A DNA stretch of 63,966 bases, filler included, from a bacterium (GTDB lineage: Bacteria; JBBIVP01): assembly GCA_037439705.1 (NCBI GenBank). It is 5 parts of 5 records of this genome, joined end to end, with 100 filler letters (N's around TTAATTAATTAA, not from the genome) between each part and the next. Parts side by side here need not be neighbours in the genome. Positions count along the whole stretch, not along the records: positions 38,669 to 51,287 come from JBBIVP010000044.1; 4 more parts are not named here. The stretch is one strand, 5' to 3'. A program made the translations under genes and the position numbers. Below are positions 39,079 to 49,094 of this stretch, in pieces. Position 1 is the first letter of the stretch, and each line of letters opens with the position of its first letter. The notes beneath the pieces were generated by a model. That model had not been told where the DNA came from. It ran no database searches and saw nothing but the letters and a program-made list of their open reading frames with translations.

Positions 39079-40459
39079 GATATTAATTATTGACGACGAA
39101 GAATATCAACGCGAGATAATTAAGGCAATATTCCTTTCAGAAGGTTACTCATTTGAAGTTGCAGAGAATGGCGAACAGGCAATGAATCTCTACCTCCAAT
39201 TCTCTCCTGAGGTAATCCTCTGTGACCTCAAACTTCCTGATATGGATGGGATTGAACTTATGGAATCAATATTGAAGTCAGGCGGTGAGCATACAGAGTT
39301 CATCATCATAACCGGACACGGCACTATTGAATCAGCGGTAGAGGCAATTAAAAAGGGAGCAATGGATTATATTACAAAACCACTTGAAAGGAACAGACTC
39401 ATCATTCTTGTCCAAAGGGCAATTGAACGCACCCGTCTCATAAAAGAGAACATTCAGTTGAAGAAGCACCTGAAGGGGATTTATTCAATTGATGGGCTCA
39501 TTGGTTCGCATCCGAGTTTTCAGAATGTTTTTAAACTTGTTAAGACAATAGCCCCACTTGATGTAACGGTGTTGATTACAGGGGAAACAGGTACAGGGAA
39601 GGGGCTTGTTGCAAGGGCAATACATTCGCTCTCAGGTAGAAGGGATAATAAATTTCAGGTTATTAATTGTGCTGCAATACCTGATACATTAATGGAGAGC
39701 GAACTCTTTGGTTATGTGAAAGGTGCCTTCACAGGTGCATACGAAGATAAGATAGGTTTGATAGAACTTTCCGATGGGGGGACACTTTTTCTGGACGAAA
39801 TAGGAGAACTCTCTCCTCAACTTCAGGCAAAATTGCTGAGATTTATAGAGGAGAAAAAGATAAGGAAAATCGGGGGTAAGGATGAGAAGATTGTTAATGT
39901 TCGGTTGATTGCTGCGACAAACAAGAACCTTGAGGAGGAGGTTAAAAAAGGGAATTTCAGGTCTGATTTGTACTATCGGCTAAATGGTTTTACAATTCAT
40001 ATTCCTCCACTAAGAGAAAGGATGTCTGATGCGATCCATCTTGCAAAACATTTTATTGAGAAATACAGCACTATTTATAATAAAAAGTGCGATATAAAAA
40101 AGGAAACAATAGGCTTGCTTTTAAGATACGACTGGCCTGGAAATGTGAGACAATTAGAATCTGTAATTGAAAGGGCAGTAATTGTAAGCGAGGATGGATG
40201 GATTAAACCACAAGACATATTTCTTCCAGTGAGGGAATACCATGGGGAAGTGCTTTTTGATATTCCTCCACAGGGGATATCACTTGAGGAGCTGGAAAAA
40301 AAATTGTTGATAAGGGCGATGGAAAAATCAGGTTGGGTCACTGCGCGTGCAGCTAAACTTTTGGGATTGACTTACAGAACAATGGAGTACCGCCTTAAAA
40401 AATTCGGAATTAAGAAAGAGAATACACCAAAAGGTGAATTATCTTCACCAAAAAGTTAA
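39068..40459 (+). CDS. NtrC-family sigma-54-dependent response regulator
   Basis: Receiver domain (IIDD, DLKLP), GETGTGK, intact GAFTGA, LFLDEIGE, WPGNVRQL and a Fis-type HTH. Confidence 0.95.
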   Translation: MRGKILIIDDEEYQREIIKAIFLSEGYSFEVAENGEQAMNLYLQFSPEVILCDLKLPDMDGIELMESILKSGGEHTEFIIITGHGTIESAVEAIKKGAMDYITKPLERNRLIILVQRAIERTRLIKENIQLKKHLKGIYSIDGLIGSHPSFQNVFKLVKTIAPLDVTVLITGETGTGKGLVARAIHSLSGRRDNKFQVINCAAIPDTLMESELFGYVKGAFTGAYEDKIGLIELSDGGTLFLDEIGELSPQLQAKLLRFIEEKKIRKIGGKDEKIVNVRLIAATNKNLEEEVKKGNFRSDLYYRLNGFTIHIPPLRERMSDAIHLAKHFIEKYSTIYNKKCDIKKETIGLLLRYDWPGNVRQLESVIERAVIVSEDGWIKPQDIFLPVREYHGEVLFDIPPQGISLEELEKKLLIRAMEKSGWVTARAAKLLGLTYRTMEYRLKKFGIKKENTPKGELSSPKS

Positions 40460-40523
40460 TTTTTTAAAATGTTCTTAATAAACATTCGGAAAAAATAATT
40501 TCAAACTATGGCACAGAAATTGT
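40425..40523 (+). promoter_or_regulatory. Sigma-54 promoter with a candidate tandem enhancer
   Basis: TGGCAC-AGAAA-TTGT (-24/-12) at 40509-40523. CACCAAAAGGTG (40425-40436) and CACCAAAAAGTT (40446-40457) lie 21 bp apart upstream. Confidence 0.7.
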
Positions 40524-40563
40524 ATATAGATTTCGCAGAATTAAATAGAAAGGAGGTGAAAAA

Positions 40564-40884
40564 ATGAAGAAGGCAGTATTTATGGCAGTGGCAATGGTGA
40601 TGGTAGCAGGAGTGACGACCCTTTTCGCTGCTGAGAAGGCACAGAAAGTTGAGAAAATCACAGGAGAGGTTGTTAAGGTAGATGCAAAAGCGGGTTCAAT
40701 CACAATTAAAGCAGATGGAAAGGAGCATGCACTTAAGGCAGAGGCGAAACTTCTTGAGGGCGTGAATGCAGGAGATAAGGTTGAGGTAGAGGTTGTTGGT
40801 AAAACGGTGAAATCATTGAAGAAGGTAGAGGCACCAGCAGCACCAGCTCCTGCTGCTCCCGCACCGCAGCAGCCACCTCAGTAA
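40564..40884 (+). CDS. Small secreted OB-fold-like protein with a Pro/Ala tail
   Basis: AGGAGGT RBS, signal peptide, and GEVVKVD...ITIK...GDKVEV. Confidence 0.8.
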   Translation: MKKAVFMAVAMVMVAGVTTLFAAEKAQKVEKITGEVVKVDAKAGSITIKADGKEHALKAEAKLLEGVNAGDKVEVEVVGKTVKSLKKVEAPAAPAPAAPAPQQPPQ

Positions 40885-40886
40885 AT

Positions 40887-40912
40887 GAAAAGGGGGGTAA
40901 TCCCCCCTCCTT
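40887..40912. terminator. Terminator-like hairpin
   Basis: AGGGGGG-TAAT-CCCCCCT just after the stop codon. Confidence 0.65.
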
Positions 40913-41275
40913 AGGCTTAACTGGAAGTTTTGAAAACGATTCAATCAAAAAATGATAAGCGATCTCAAGGTCGGGCTGTTTTGTTATAACTTTTTTAAAC
41001 CCTTCAAATGCTCCTTCAACTTTTCCATTTGAAAGTTCAATGCAGTTTTTCCCTACCTCAAGGTATTTACCTCCACCTAACTTTTCTGCTCTTTTTAGAA
41101 AAGAATTGACAATTTCTGCGCTTCCTTCTCCCTTTCTAGTTAAAAAACATATAAAGAGGGAAATGGCATCCTGATTTTTTGGATTGTAAAAGGCAGATGT
41201 CTTAAAGAGGTTGAATGCCTCTTCCTCTTTTCCTTTAATAAAACTTACAATTCCCTTATCAAGGCTTTCTTTTTA
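40910..41275 (-). pseudogene. Decayed TPR-like gene fragment (absent from the ORF track)
   Basis: The minus strand reads SLDKGIVSFIKGKEEEAFNLFKTSAFYNPKNQDA...EGAFEGFKKVITK, then frameshifts to QPDLEIAYHFL. There is no start codon, and an in-frame TAA lies upstream. Confidence 0.5.
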
Positions 41276-41386
41276 CAACCCCTCCTTATTTGATAGGAAA
41301 AAACACCTTTGCTCAAAGAGAGAATTTTTGAAGGACTTGCGGTCATTACAATTGACTTATAGGATTTTAAGATTATAATTGTAAAT

Positions 41387-42558
41387 ATGAGAAAGGTTTA
41401 CTTAGATAACAATGCAACAACTCCCCTCCATCCGGAGGTAAAAGAAGCAATAATTGAATTCATAAAGGAAAATTTTGGAAACCCATCAAGCATTCACTGG
41501 GCTGGAAGGGAAGCAAAAAAAGCACTGGAAGATGCAAGAGAAAAGGTTGCTGGTTTCATAAACGCTGAGCCTCAGGAAATAGTCTTCACAGGAAGTGGAA
41601 CAGAGGCTAACAATGCTGCAATAAAAGGAATTGCCTTTCAGAANNNNNNNNNNGACACATAATTACCTCTTCTGTAGAACACCCTTCGGTTTTAACCACC
41701 TGCAAATATCTTGAAAAGAAGGGATTTGAGGTCACCTACCTTCCTGTGGACAGTTACGGAATGATTGACCCGGAAGATTTAAGAAAATCTATAAAGAAGA
41801 ATACAATTCTCATCTCAATCATGCTCGTAAATAATGAGATAGGCAACATCTATCCCATAAAGGAACTGGTTTCAATTGCAAAGGAAAAGAACATTCCCTT
41901 CCACTGTGATGCGGTTCAGGCACTCGGCAAAATTGAAGTTGATGTTAAGAAACTCGGCGTTGACCTTCTCAGTATCTCCGCCCATAAAATTTATGCCCCA
42001 AAAGGAGTTGGAGCTCTATTTATAAGAAAGGGATTAAAAATTGACCCACTTATCACAGGAGGACATCAGGAAAAAAACAGAAGGGGCGGAACTGAAAATA
42101 TGATTGGAATAGTTGGATTTGGAAAGGCATGTGAAATAGCGAAACACGAAATGAGGGAGGTATCTGAAAGGGTTAAAAGGCTCAGAGACAAACTGGAAAA
42201 GGGAATAATGGAAAGAATTCCTGATGTGAAACTGAACGGACATCCAGAAAAAAGGGTACCAACAACCCTTAATGTGAGTTTTCTTTATGTTGAGGGTGAA
42301 TCAATTCTTCTCAATCTTGATATGGAAGGAATAGCAGCATCATCGGGTTCAGCCTGCACATCAGGAACCCTTGACCCATCCCATGTTCTAACCGCAATGG
42401 GAATTCCACACGAAGTTGCTCATGGCTCAGTTCGGTTCAGTCTTGGCAGGGAGACAACCGAGGAAGACATAGATTATGTTCTTGAAGTCCTTCCACCCAT
42501 AATTGAAAGACTCAGGTCTTATTCTCCTCTTTACAGAAAAGCAAAAGGAGGAAAATAA
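41387..42558 (+). CDS. iscS: Cysteine desulfurase IscS/NifS (one gene; split in the ORF track by the N gap at 41644-41653)
   Basis: YLDNNATT, GNPSSIH, SGTEANN, HCDAVQ, SAHKIY (PLP lysine) and SSGSACTS. Confidence 0.95.
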
Positions 42559-42934
42559 TGTACAGCGAAAAACTTCTTGAACATTTCAAAAATCCCAGAA
42601 ATGTGGGCGTTATAGAGAATGCTGATGGAGTTGGAGAGGCTGGAAATCCCAAGTGCGGAGATATGATGACGGTTTACATAAAGGTTAAAGAGGATGTTAT
42701 TGAGGACATCAAGTTTCAGACCTTCGGATGTGCCGCTGCGATAGCCACAAGCTCCATGATGACAGAACTTGCAAAGGGGAAAAAGATTGAAGAAGCTTTG
42801 AAAATATCAAAAAGGGATATAGCAGATGCCCTGGATGGGCTTCCGCCAATAAAAATGCACTGTTCCCTCCTTGCAGAAGATGCTCTGAAAAGGCGATTGA
42901 AGATTATATGAATAAGAAGAATGAGAAAAAATAA
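42558..42934 (+). CDS. iscU: Fe-S scaffold IscU/NifU-N (apparent 1-nt frameshift near 42890)
   Basis: HFKNPRNVG, CGD, FGCAAAIA and LPPIKMHCS. One more A in the A run gives ALKKAIEDYMNKK..., ending at a TAA that abuts the next ATG. Confidence 0.92.
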
Positions 42935-43300
42935 ATGGAAGTAATTTCTCATCAGGGGGAGGGAAGTTTAAATCTTCTTGGTTTAATTATAAGAGAGATT
43001 TTCATCAAAAAGGGAAAAGAGATAAAAACTGAAAAAAATTTCAGTGTGGGTATAAAAGCAGGAAAAATGGCATCAACGCTCATTTTTAAAAAAAACATCC
43101 TTGAAATAAGAAATGGAATTTCAGAAAAACCCGATTGTTTAATAGAAGGAAAACTCGGAACATTTATCCAACTAACTTCTTCAAATAATCCAATAATACC
43201 ACTTCTCAAAAGGGAATTAAAAATAAAAGGAAATCCATTTGCAATTTTTTATTTTGTCAGGACTATCAAAAAGGCAATTGAAAAAGATGGAAATAAATAA
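42935..43300 (+). CDS. SCP2 sterol/lipid-binding-like protein
   Basis: KPDCLIEG...FIQL...LKIKGN pattern in 121 aa. Confidence 0.6.
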   Translation: MEVISHQGEGSLNLLGLIIREIFIKKGKEIKTEKNFSVGIKAGKMASTLIFKKNILEIRNGISEKPDCLIEGKLGTFIQLTSSNNPIIPLLKRELKIKGNPFAIFYFVRTIKKAIEKDGNK

Positions 43301-44714
43301 AGCAAAAGAAAAACTGCTCTCCATTCTTGAAAAAGAAAAGGTAAATGCGGATCCGGAAGTCCTATATATCTATTCTTCCGATATGACGGAAAATGAACCC
43401 TCAATGCCGGATATTGTGGTTCTTCCTGAAACCCTTGAGGATGTAATTGAGACAGTAAAAATTGCCAACGAATTCAAAATTCCCCTAATTCCTTTTGCCA
43501 CAGGAAATAATGTTGGAGGACTCACAATTCCGGAAAAATGCTGAATTTTGATGGATATGAAAAGGATGAAAAAAATGGAGGTGGATGAAGATGAAATGTT
43601 CGCGGTAGTTGAGCCCGGTGTGACATTTGGAGAAATGAAGGCATACCTTGATAAAAACCATCCATCACTCATCTATTCCTATCCGCTTGCACCACCATAT
43701 ACATCGGTGCTTGCAAATGCGATTCTTGATGGTTTAAACAGCCTTTCAACGAGATATGGTGCCATGTCTGAATGGATTCATGGGCTTGAAGTCGTTCTTC
43801 CTGATGGAACGATTGCAAAAATTGGAGGAAGAGCAGTGAGTGATTCATGGTTCTCAAGGGCTCCCCTTCCTGACCTGTGCGGATTGTTCATCTCCTGGCA
43901 GGGAACCACCGGTGTAGTAACAAAAGGGGCTCTCATGCTCATTCCTAAATTGCCCTTCAGAAAAAGATTTCTCATTCTTACATACAATTATCCATCTGCC
44001 TACAATCTAATAATGAAGTACTCAAGAATGAGGATTTTTGATGAAATAGCAGGATTTTCCTGGGTTGCTGGAAAAATGTTTTTCCTGAGAGAGGGAAAAA
44101 TAGAAAAATCTAATGATGAACCGGAATTTATGCTTTTTGTAGAATTCAGCGGAAACTCTCAAGAGGAAATAAAGGTTAAAGAAAAATTGATGAAAGGCGT
44201 GTTCAAAAAGATTGAAAGGTCAGATAACATTGAAGAACCACTTGATTTAGAACTCATGCTGAAAACCTTTCCAGAATATTCAAAATTTTCAGAATTCCCG
44301 ACAACCCTTGATTTCCTTCTTGACAGAGGGGGCGGTCTAACATGGGTCGGAAGTTATGGACCGAATAAAAGTTGGGTGGAAGGAGCAGAAGGTGGCTCAA
44401 GAATTCTTGAAAAATTTGGATTCCCGCCACTTCTTGTTGCAAGGTCAATGAAGGAAGGGCATTATCAGGTATTGAGGTTTATCATTCCTTTCAAAAAATA
44501 TGATGAAAATGAGAAAAAAAGGGTAAAGGAGTGTCTGAGGGTTCTTTCGGAGTTTTTGCTTAAAATCCGCTATGTTCCCTACAAAATGCCTTCATGGCTT
44601 GCTCCTATTGTCTGGGAAAGAACTGATAAGGGATACCTTGAATTACTCAAAAAAATAAAAACCAGTATTGACCCCAACGGAATTATGAACCCTGGAAAAC
44701 TGGGTTTGGGATGA
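43287..44714 (+). CDS. FAD-binding oxidoreductase (GlcD/VAO family) with an in-frame TGA at 43542-43544
   Basis: PDIVVLP, TGNNVGG, then EKC*ILMDMKRM in frame, VEPGVT, GLEVVLPDG, GTTGVVT and DPNGIMNPGK. Confidence 0.88.
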
Positions 44715-44978
44715 TAAAAACGAGAAAGAAGGGCTACTTAATGCCAAATCTGAAAACATTTAGAATCCGTTTTGCGGTCAGGTCTTGAATTTTGACTTTT
44801 TAAACCTTTAAATCCTCTCCTTTCAAAGCCTTTTCTATCATTAAAAACGCCACCTTTTCATCCAATTTTACTCCCTTCAACTCAATTTTCCTCATTTTCC
44901 TCTGGTAATTATGTCCGTGTAGGTCTACATTTTAATTTATTGACAGTTTAAAAAAACTGATATTATCATAATAACATT

Positions 44979-45809
44979 ATGTCAAAAATAGATTACTTTA
45001 AAAATAAATTGGCTATTGTTACAGGAGGGGCTTCAGGAATTGGAAGGGGCTTGTGTAAAGAACTGGCAAGAAGAGGAACATTCGTCGTGGTAGCGGACAT
45101 CAACAAAGATGGAGCGGAAATGGTTGCTAATGACATTCTAAAAGAAGGCGGTAAAGCGCACGCGGTTCACCTTGATGTGACAAAGAAAGAGGAAGTCCGA
45201 AAATGCATTCAGGAGACCCATTCAAAGCATGGAAGACTGGATTTCATCTTCAACAATGCAGGTATCATAACCGTGGGTGACGCAAGAGACATGGAGGTTG
45301 AAGATTTGCTTCGCGTTCTTGAGGTAAATCTACTGGGTGTGGTTTATGGAACAATGGAAGCATATCACATTATGACCCGTCAGGGTTTCGGACATATAGT
45401 TAATATTGCTTCGGGTGGGGGTCTTATCCCCATCCCACTTCAACTTCCTTATGTAACCTCCAAATTCGGAGTGGTTGGATTATCTCAAACCCTCAGGCTG
45501 GAAGGTGTGAAACTGGGAGTAAAAGTAACTGTGGTATGCCCGGGATTTGTCCAGACAGAAATGTTTGAAACTGCTCATGTCCTGAAAGTTCCAAGGGAAG
45601 AGACTGTCGCGCTCGTACCACAGAGATTGATAGTTTCTGTTGAGTATGCAGTTAATAAAATTTTATCAGGAGTTGAACGGAACAAAGCCATTGTTGTCTT
45701 TCCTTTTCATGTCCGACTTTTATGGCTTATCTATACACTTTTCCCATCCATCCTAACACCCCTTGCAAACCTTTTTCTCCGAGATTTTAGAAGATTGATA
45801 AAAAAATAA
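44979..45809 (+). CDS. Short-chain dehydrogenase/reductase
   Basis: TGGASGIG, FNNAG and YVTSK (YxxxK). Confidence 0.95.
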   Translation: MSKIDYFKNKLAIVTGGASGIGRGLCKELARRGTFVVVADINKDGAEMVANDILKEGGKAHAVHLDVTKKEEVRKCIQETHSKHGRLDFIFNNAGIITVGDARDMEVEDLLRVLEVNLLGVVYGTMEAYHIMTRQGFGHIVNIASGGGLIPIPLQLPYVTSKFGVVGLSQTLRLEGVKLGVKVTVVCPGFVQTEMFETAHVLKVPREETVALVPQRLIVSVEYAVNKILSGVERNKAIVVFPFHVRLLWLIYTLFPSILTPLANLFLRDFRRLIKK

Positions 45810-45824
45810 ACTTAATCATCTAAC

Positions 45825-46268
45825 CTACCTTCTTCTTATCCCCTTTATATCACTAATTCTCCCCTCCCTTTTCTCCTCAAAAACTATCTCTACTCTATCT
45901 CCTATCTCAACTTTCTCAAGGGCTTTCAAAATAAGCTTTCCGTCGGTTTCATCAATTTTAACCAGTGCAATAAGAACGGGTTTATCAAGAAAATTTTCAT
46001 CAGCAGTTAAATAAACCTCTGACCAGCTTTCCACAACGCCGGAGTTTGGAACTACAAAGTACTCTTCAATTTCAGAAAGGCATTCCTCACAGTATATCCT
46101 TGGTGGAATATACCTTTTACCGCATTCGGAACATTTAGAAGCAATAAATTTTCCATCTTTCAGAGATTCAAAAAACTTCTCACCCGCAATCCCGGGCGTA
46201 TAAAGGTAATATACGGAAATTTCTCCCTTCCATATTCTTATTTCTGTATTCTTCTCAACCTTTTTCAT
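45825..46268 (-). CDS. DUF35 zinc-ribbon/OB-fold protein
   Basis: CSECG...PPRIYCEEC followed by an OB fold. Confidence 0.9.
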   Translation of the reverse strand: MKKVEKNTEIRIWKGEISVYYLYTPGIAGEKFFESLKDGKFIASKCSECGKRYIPPRIYCEECLSEIEEYFVVPNSGVVESWSEVYLTADENFLDKPVLIALVKIDETDGKLILKALEKVEIGDRVEIVFEEKREGRISDIKGIRRR

Positions 46269-46765
46269 TTTAATTCTCCTTCCAGTGGCTTAAAGTAAAG
46301 AATATCTGTTATAGCACCAACTCTTTCTTCCTTCTTTTTCCAGACAGCCTTTACCCTCATTCCAACCTTTACCTGTTCGGGTTTAACTTCTCCGAGAAGG
46401 TGAAGAATGCCTATTCCTTCTGAAGCGCCATCTATCTCTATAACAGCGGGAATTTCTGGCTTTTCAAGCCTTTTCACATCCCAGCTTATGTATGAAATGC
46501 TGAATGTATTAACCCTTCCTGTATCCTTTAACTCAACCCACTCATCAAGCGGAACAAAACAGAGTTCACAGAACGCCCTCGGTGGAACAAGAATTCTATC
46601 ACATTTTCTGCACCTTATTCCGAGGATTTTCCCTTCTTTCAAACCGCTTAAGAATTTTCCCACCGCATATCCGGCATCCCATGCATAAAGAAGTTTGGGA
46701 TGATACTCTATTTTTATAACCCTTTCAAACTCTTCTTTCTTTAAATCTTTTCCTCTAACTTTCAT
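46265..46765 (-). CDS. DUF35 zinc-ribbon/OB-fold protein
   Basis: CRKC...PPRAFCELC and VGMRVKAVW. Confidence 0.9.
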   Translation of the reverse strand: MKVRGKDLKKEEFERVIKIEYHPKLLYAWDAGYAVGKFLSGLKEGKILGIRCRKCDRILVPPRAFCELCFVPLDEWVELKDTGRVNTFSISYISWDVKRLEKPEIPAVIEIDGASEGIGILHLLGEVKPEQVKVGMRVKAVWKKKEERVGAITDILYFKPLEGELK

Positions 46766-46774
46766 TTTTTTCTC

Positions 46775-47941
46775 CTATATTCCAAGAACCACAACCGTTC
46801 CAACCTGCATGAGGTCCCCCCATGCTTGAGCAACACCTCTTTTGGGATTTCCCGGAACCTGTCTCTTTCCCACCTCCCCTCTCAATTGCCAGAATATTTC
46901 ACAAATTTTCATCAGACCTGCTGCCGCAATTGGATTACCAACTCCCAGAAGTCCTCCTGAAGGACAAACTGGCAAGTCGCCATTTCTCTGGGTAACTCCC
47001 TTAGCAGTAAGTTTGGGAGCCTCTCCCCTTTTACAGAGAAGAAGCCCTTCCATATGATGGAGTTCCTTATAAGCAAATGGGTCGTAGGGCTCTGCGATAT
47101 GAATCTCCTTTGAAGGCTCCTTAATTCCTGCCATTTCATAAGCCATTCTCGCTGCTTTTTCAACATAATCGGGATAATACAGATCCCTGTTTGTCCAGAA
47201 GGAAGTATCAAGACACCATCCTACTCCTTCAATCCATACGGGCTTCTCCGAAACCCTTCTGGCTATATGTTCAGTGGCAAGAACTATTGCTCCTGCTCCA
47301 TCACTTGTCGGAGAAACCATGAGCCTTCTCACAGGCCATGCCATTATTTCTGAATTGAGAACATCCTTTACAGTCACTTCCTCTGCCACCTGGGCTGATG
47401 GATGGTCAAGGGCATTCTTTTTATTTTTTACCGAAACAAGCGCTATTTCCTCTTCGGAAATTTTATGGACATGCATATATCTTTGCATCTCAAGAGCAAA
47501 TATCCACAGAAGGTTCACCCCAAGTGGTCTTTCAAGGGTATGATCATAAATGGAATTAAAAGCTCCCTGGGGATGTGGCTGACAGGAAGACATCTTTTCT
47601 TCTGCTACAACAAGGCAGGTATCAAACATCCCTGATGCCACCATATACCATCCGTGAATAATGGCAAAAACTCCTGAACCTCCTCCAACATAGGACCTCA
47701 TATATGGCTTTTTAAATCCACCTGCTCCATCTGCCAGATATTCTCCCTTCATATGAACTCCATCAAAGGCATCAGGTGCAGTAGCCATCACCACACTTTG
47801 AATATCTTTAAATTTCAATCCGCTTGATGATAAGGCTTCTTTTACAGCATAGAACGAAAGTTCCCTGCCCGTCTCAAGGGCTCTTCTCATAAATTTTGTC
47901 AACCCTGCTCCTATTACTGCTACCTTTCTCCAGGGTTTCAT
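46775..47941 (-). CDS. Thiolase-fold (SCP-x-type) protein
   Basis: AEEKMS, SPTSDGA, AEPYDPF, PSGGLLGVGNP and QLRGE. Confidence 0.9.
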   Translation of the reverse strand: MKPWRKVAVIGAGLTKFMRRALETGRELSFYAVKEALSSSGLKFKDIQSVVMATAPDAFDGVHMKGEYLADGAGGFKKPYMRSYVGGGSGVFAIIHGWYMVASGMFDTCLVVAEEKMSSCQPHPQGAFNSIYDHTLERPLGVNLLWIFALEMQRYMHVHKISEEEIALVSVKNKKNALDHPSAQVAEEVTVKDVLNSEIMAWPVRRLMVSPTSDGAGAIVLATEHIARRVSEKPVWIEGVGWCLDTSFWTNRDLYYPDYVEKAARMAYEMAGIKEPSKEIHIAEPYDPFAYKELHHMEGLLLCKRGEAPKLTAKGVTQRNGDLPVCPSGGLLGVGNPIAAAGLMKICEIFWQLRGEVGKRQVPGNPKRGVAQAWGDLMQVGTVVVLGI

Positions 47942-47942
47942 T

Positions 47943-49094
47943 TTATACCCCCAGAATCAAAGTGGCACCGCTGGATGTGGGAATACCCCGCCAGCTCTGA
48001 ACAAGTCCAATAGTTGCATTTTTTACCTGTCTTTTTCCAGCCTCTCCTCTTAATTGTTTCACCACCTCAAGAACCTGATACAAAACTGTGGCTTCAGGCA
48101 TTGAGCCTATTCCAAGATGCCCGCCTGATAAATTTACAGGTATTTCACCATCAAAATCAAAGAAGCCTTCTTTAAGAAGAATTCCACTTTCCCCCTTTTT
48201 ACAAAGTCCTGTCGCCTCAATGTGTTGCAATGCTTTATAAGAAAATACATCACATAATTCTATTAACTGCACATTTTTCCGTATATTTTTTATACCTGCT
48301 ATCTCAAGTGCTTTCTTTGCTGAAAGTTCAGCATAGGTCGCTTTTCCAAAATCCCTTGAATCAAGATGGGGTTCGCCTGTGAAAAAACTTATTCCTTCTA
48401 TCCACACTGCATCTTTTTTTAATGACCTGATAACATCCTCCCTCGCAAGAACAATAACCACTGCACCGTCTGCTTGTGGAGCAATATCAAACTCTTTTAA
48501 TGGAGTAGCAATGGGTTTTGAATCAAGAACATCATCCACGGAAATTTTTGCTGGATGTGCTGCCAATGGATTAAACATGGCATTCATTTTCATCCTTTTA
48601 ACCACCTCTGCACAATCTTCTTCTTTAAACCCTGTTTCAAAAAGAAATCTTCTCATTTCCAAACCCGCAACAAAATAGGGGTGAAATCCTGTCCACCTTG
48701 AACAAAGTGGTTCAAGAGCCATCTCTTCAACTTCTCCTCTTATTACTATATTTGAAAGCTTGCTGTGAGCCTCCACAACTCCAATCTGAAAAACTCCGGT
48801 TCTGAGTTGCATAAACACAGAAGCAATTCCATACAAACCATCTCCACATATAGTATGAACAGGTTTTAGAACTGCTCCAAGCTGGTCAGGGACATACTCA
48901 TCAAATATGCTTACCCCCTCGTTAAAATCCTCTGAAAGACATACGAAAGTATCAACATCCTGAGGCTCAATTCCAGCCTCTTCATAAGCTTTTTGAGCAG
49001 CCTCAAATATCATCTCTCTATAGGACACATCAGGGCTTACCCCCCTTGCAGGAACTGCTCCAACACCTATTATTCCAACTCTCTGTTCCTTCAT
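47943..49094 (-). CDS. Thiolase-fold (SCP-x-type) protein
   Basis: AMFNPLA, ADGA, ELCDVF, VNLSGG and QLRGEAG. Confidence 0.88.
   Translation of the reverse strand: MKEQRVGIIGVGAVPARGVSPDVSYREMIFEAAQKAYEEAGIEPQDVDTFVCLSEDFNEGVSIFDEYVPDQLGAVLKPVHTICGDGLYGIASVFMQLRTGVFQIGVVEAHSKLSNIVIRGEVEEMALEPLCSRWTGFHPYFVAGLEMRRFLFETGFKEEDCAEVVKRMKMNAMFNPLAAHPAKISVDDVLDSKPIATPLKEFDIAPQADGAVVIVLAREDVIRSLKKDAVWIEGISFFTGEPHLDSRDFGKATYAELSAKKALEIAGIKNIRKNVQLIELCDVFSYKALQHIEATGLCKKGESGILLKEGFFDFDGEIPVNLSGGHLGIGSMPEATVLYQVLEVVKQLRGEAGKRQVKNATIGLVQSWRGIPTSSGATLILGV

Noticed and set aside
41387-42558. Split iscS as a pseudogene
   Set aside because: The break coincides with a 10-N scaffold gap, and both halves are intact.
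42885-42934. Programmed frameshift in iscU
   Set aside because: A single missing A in a homopolymer near the C-terminus is more simply an assembly error, and no stimulatory structure is evident.
43542-43544. Selenocysteine TGA in the FAD oxidoreductase
   Set aside because: The position corresponds to Gly in a GG-I-L-x-D motif rather than a Cys, and the neighbouring codon shows the same G>T change.
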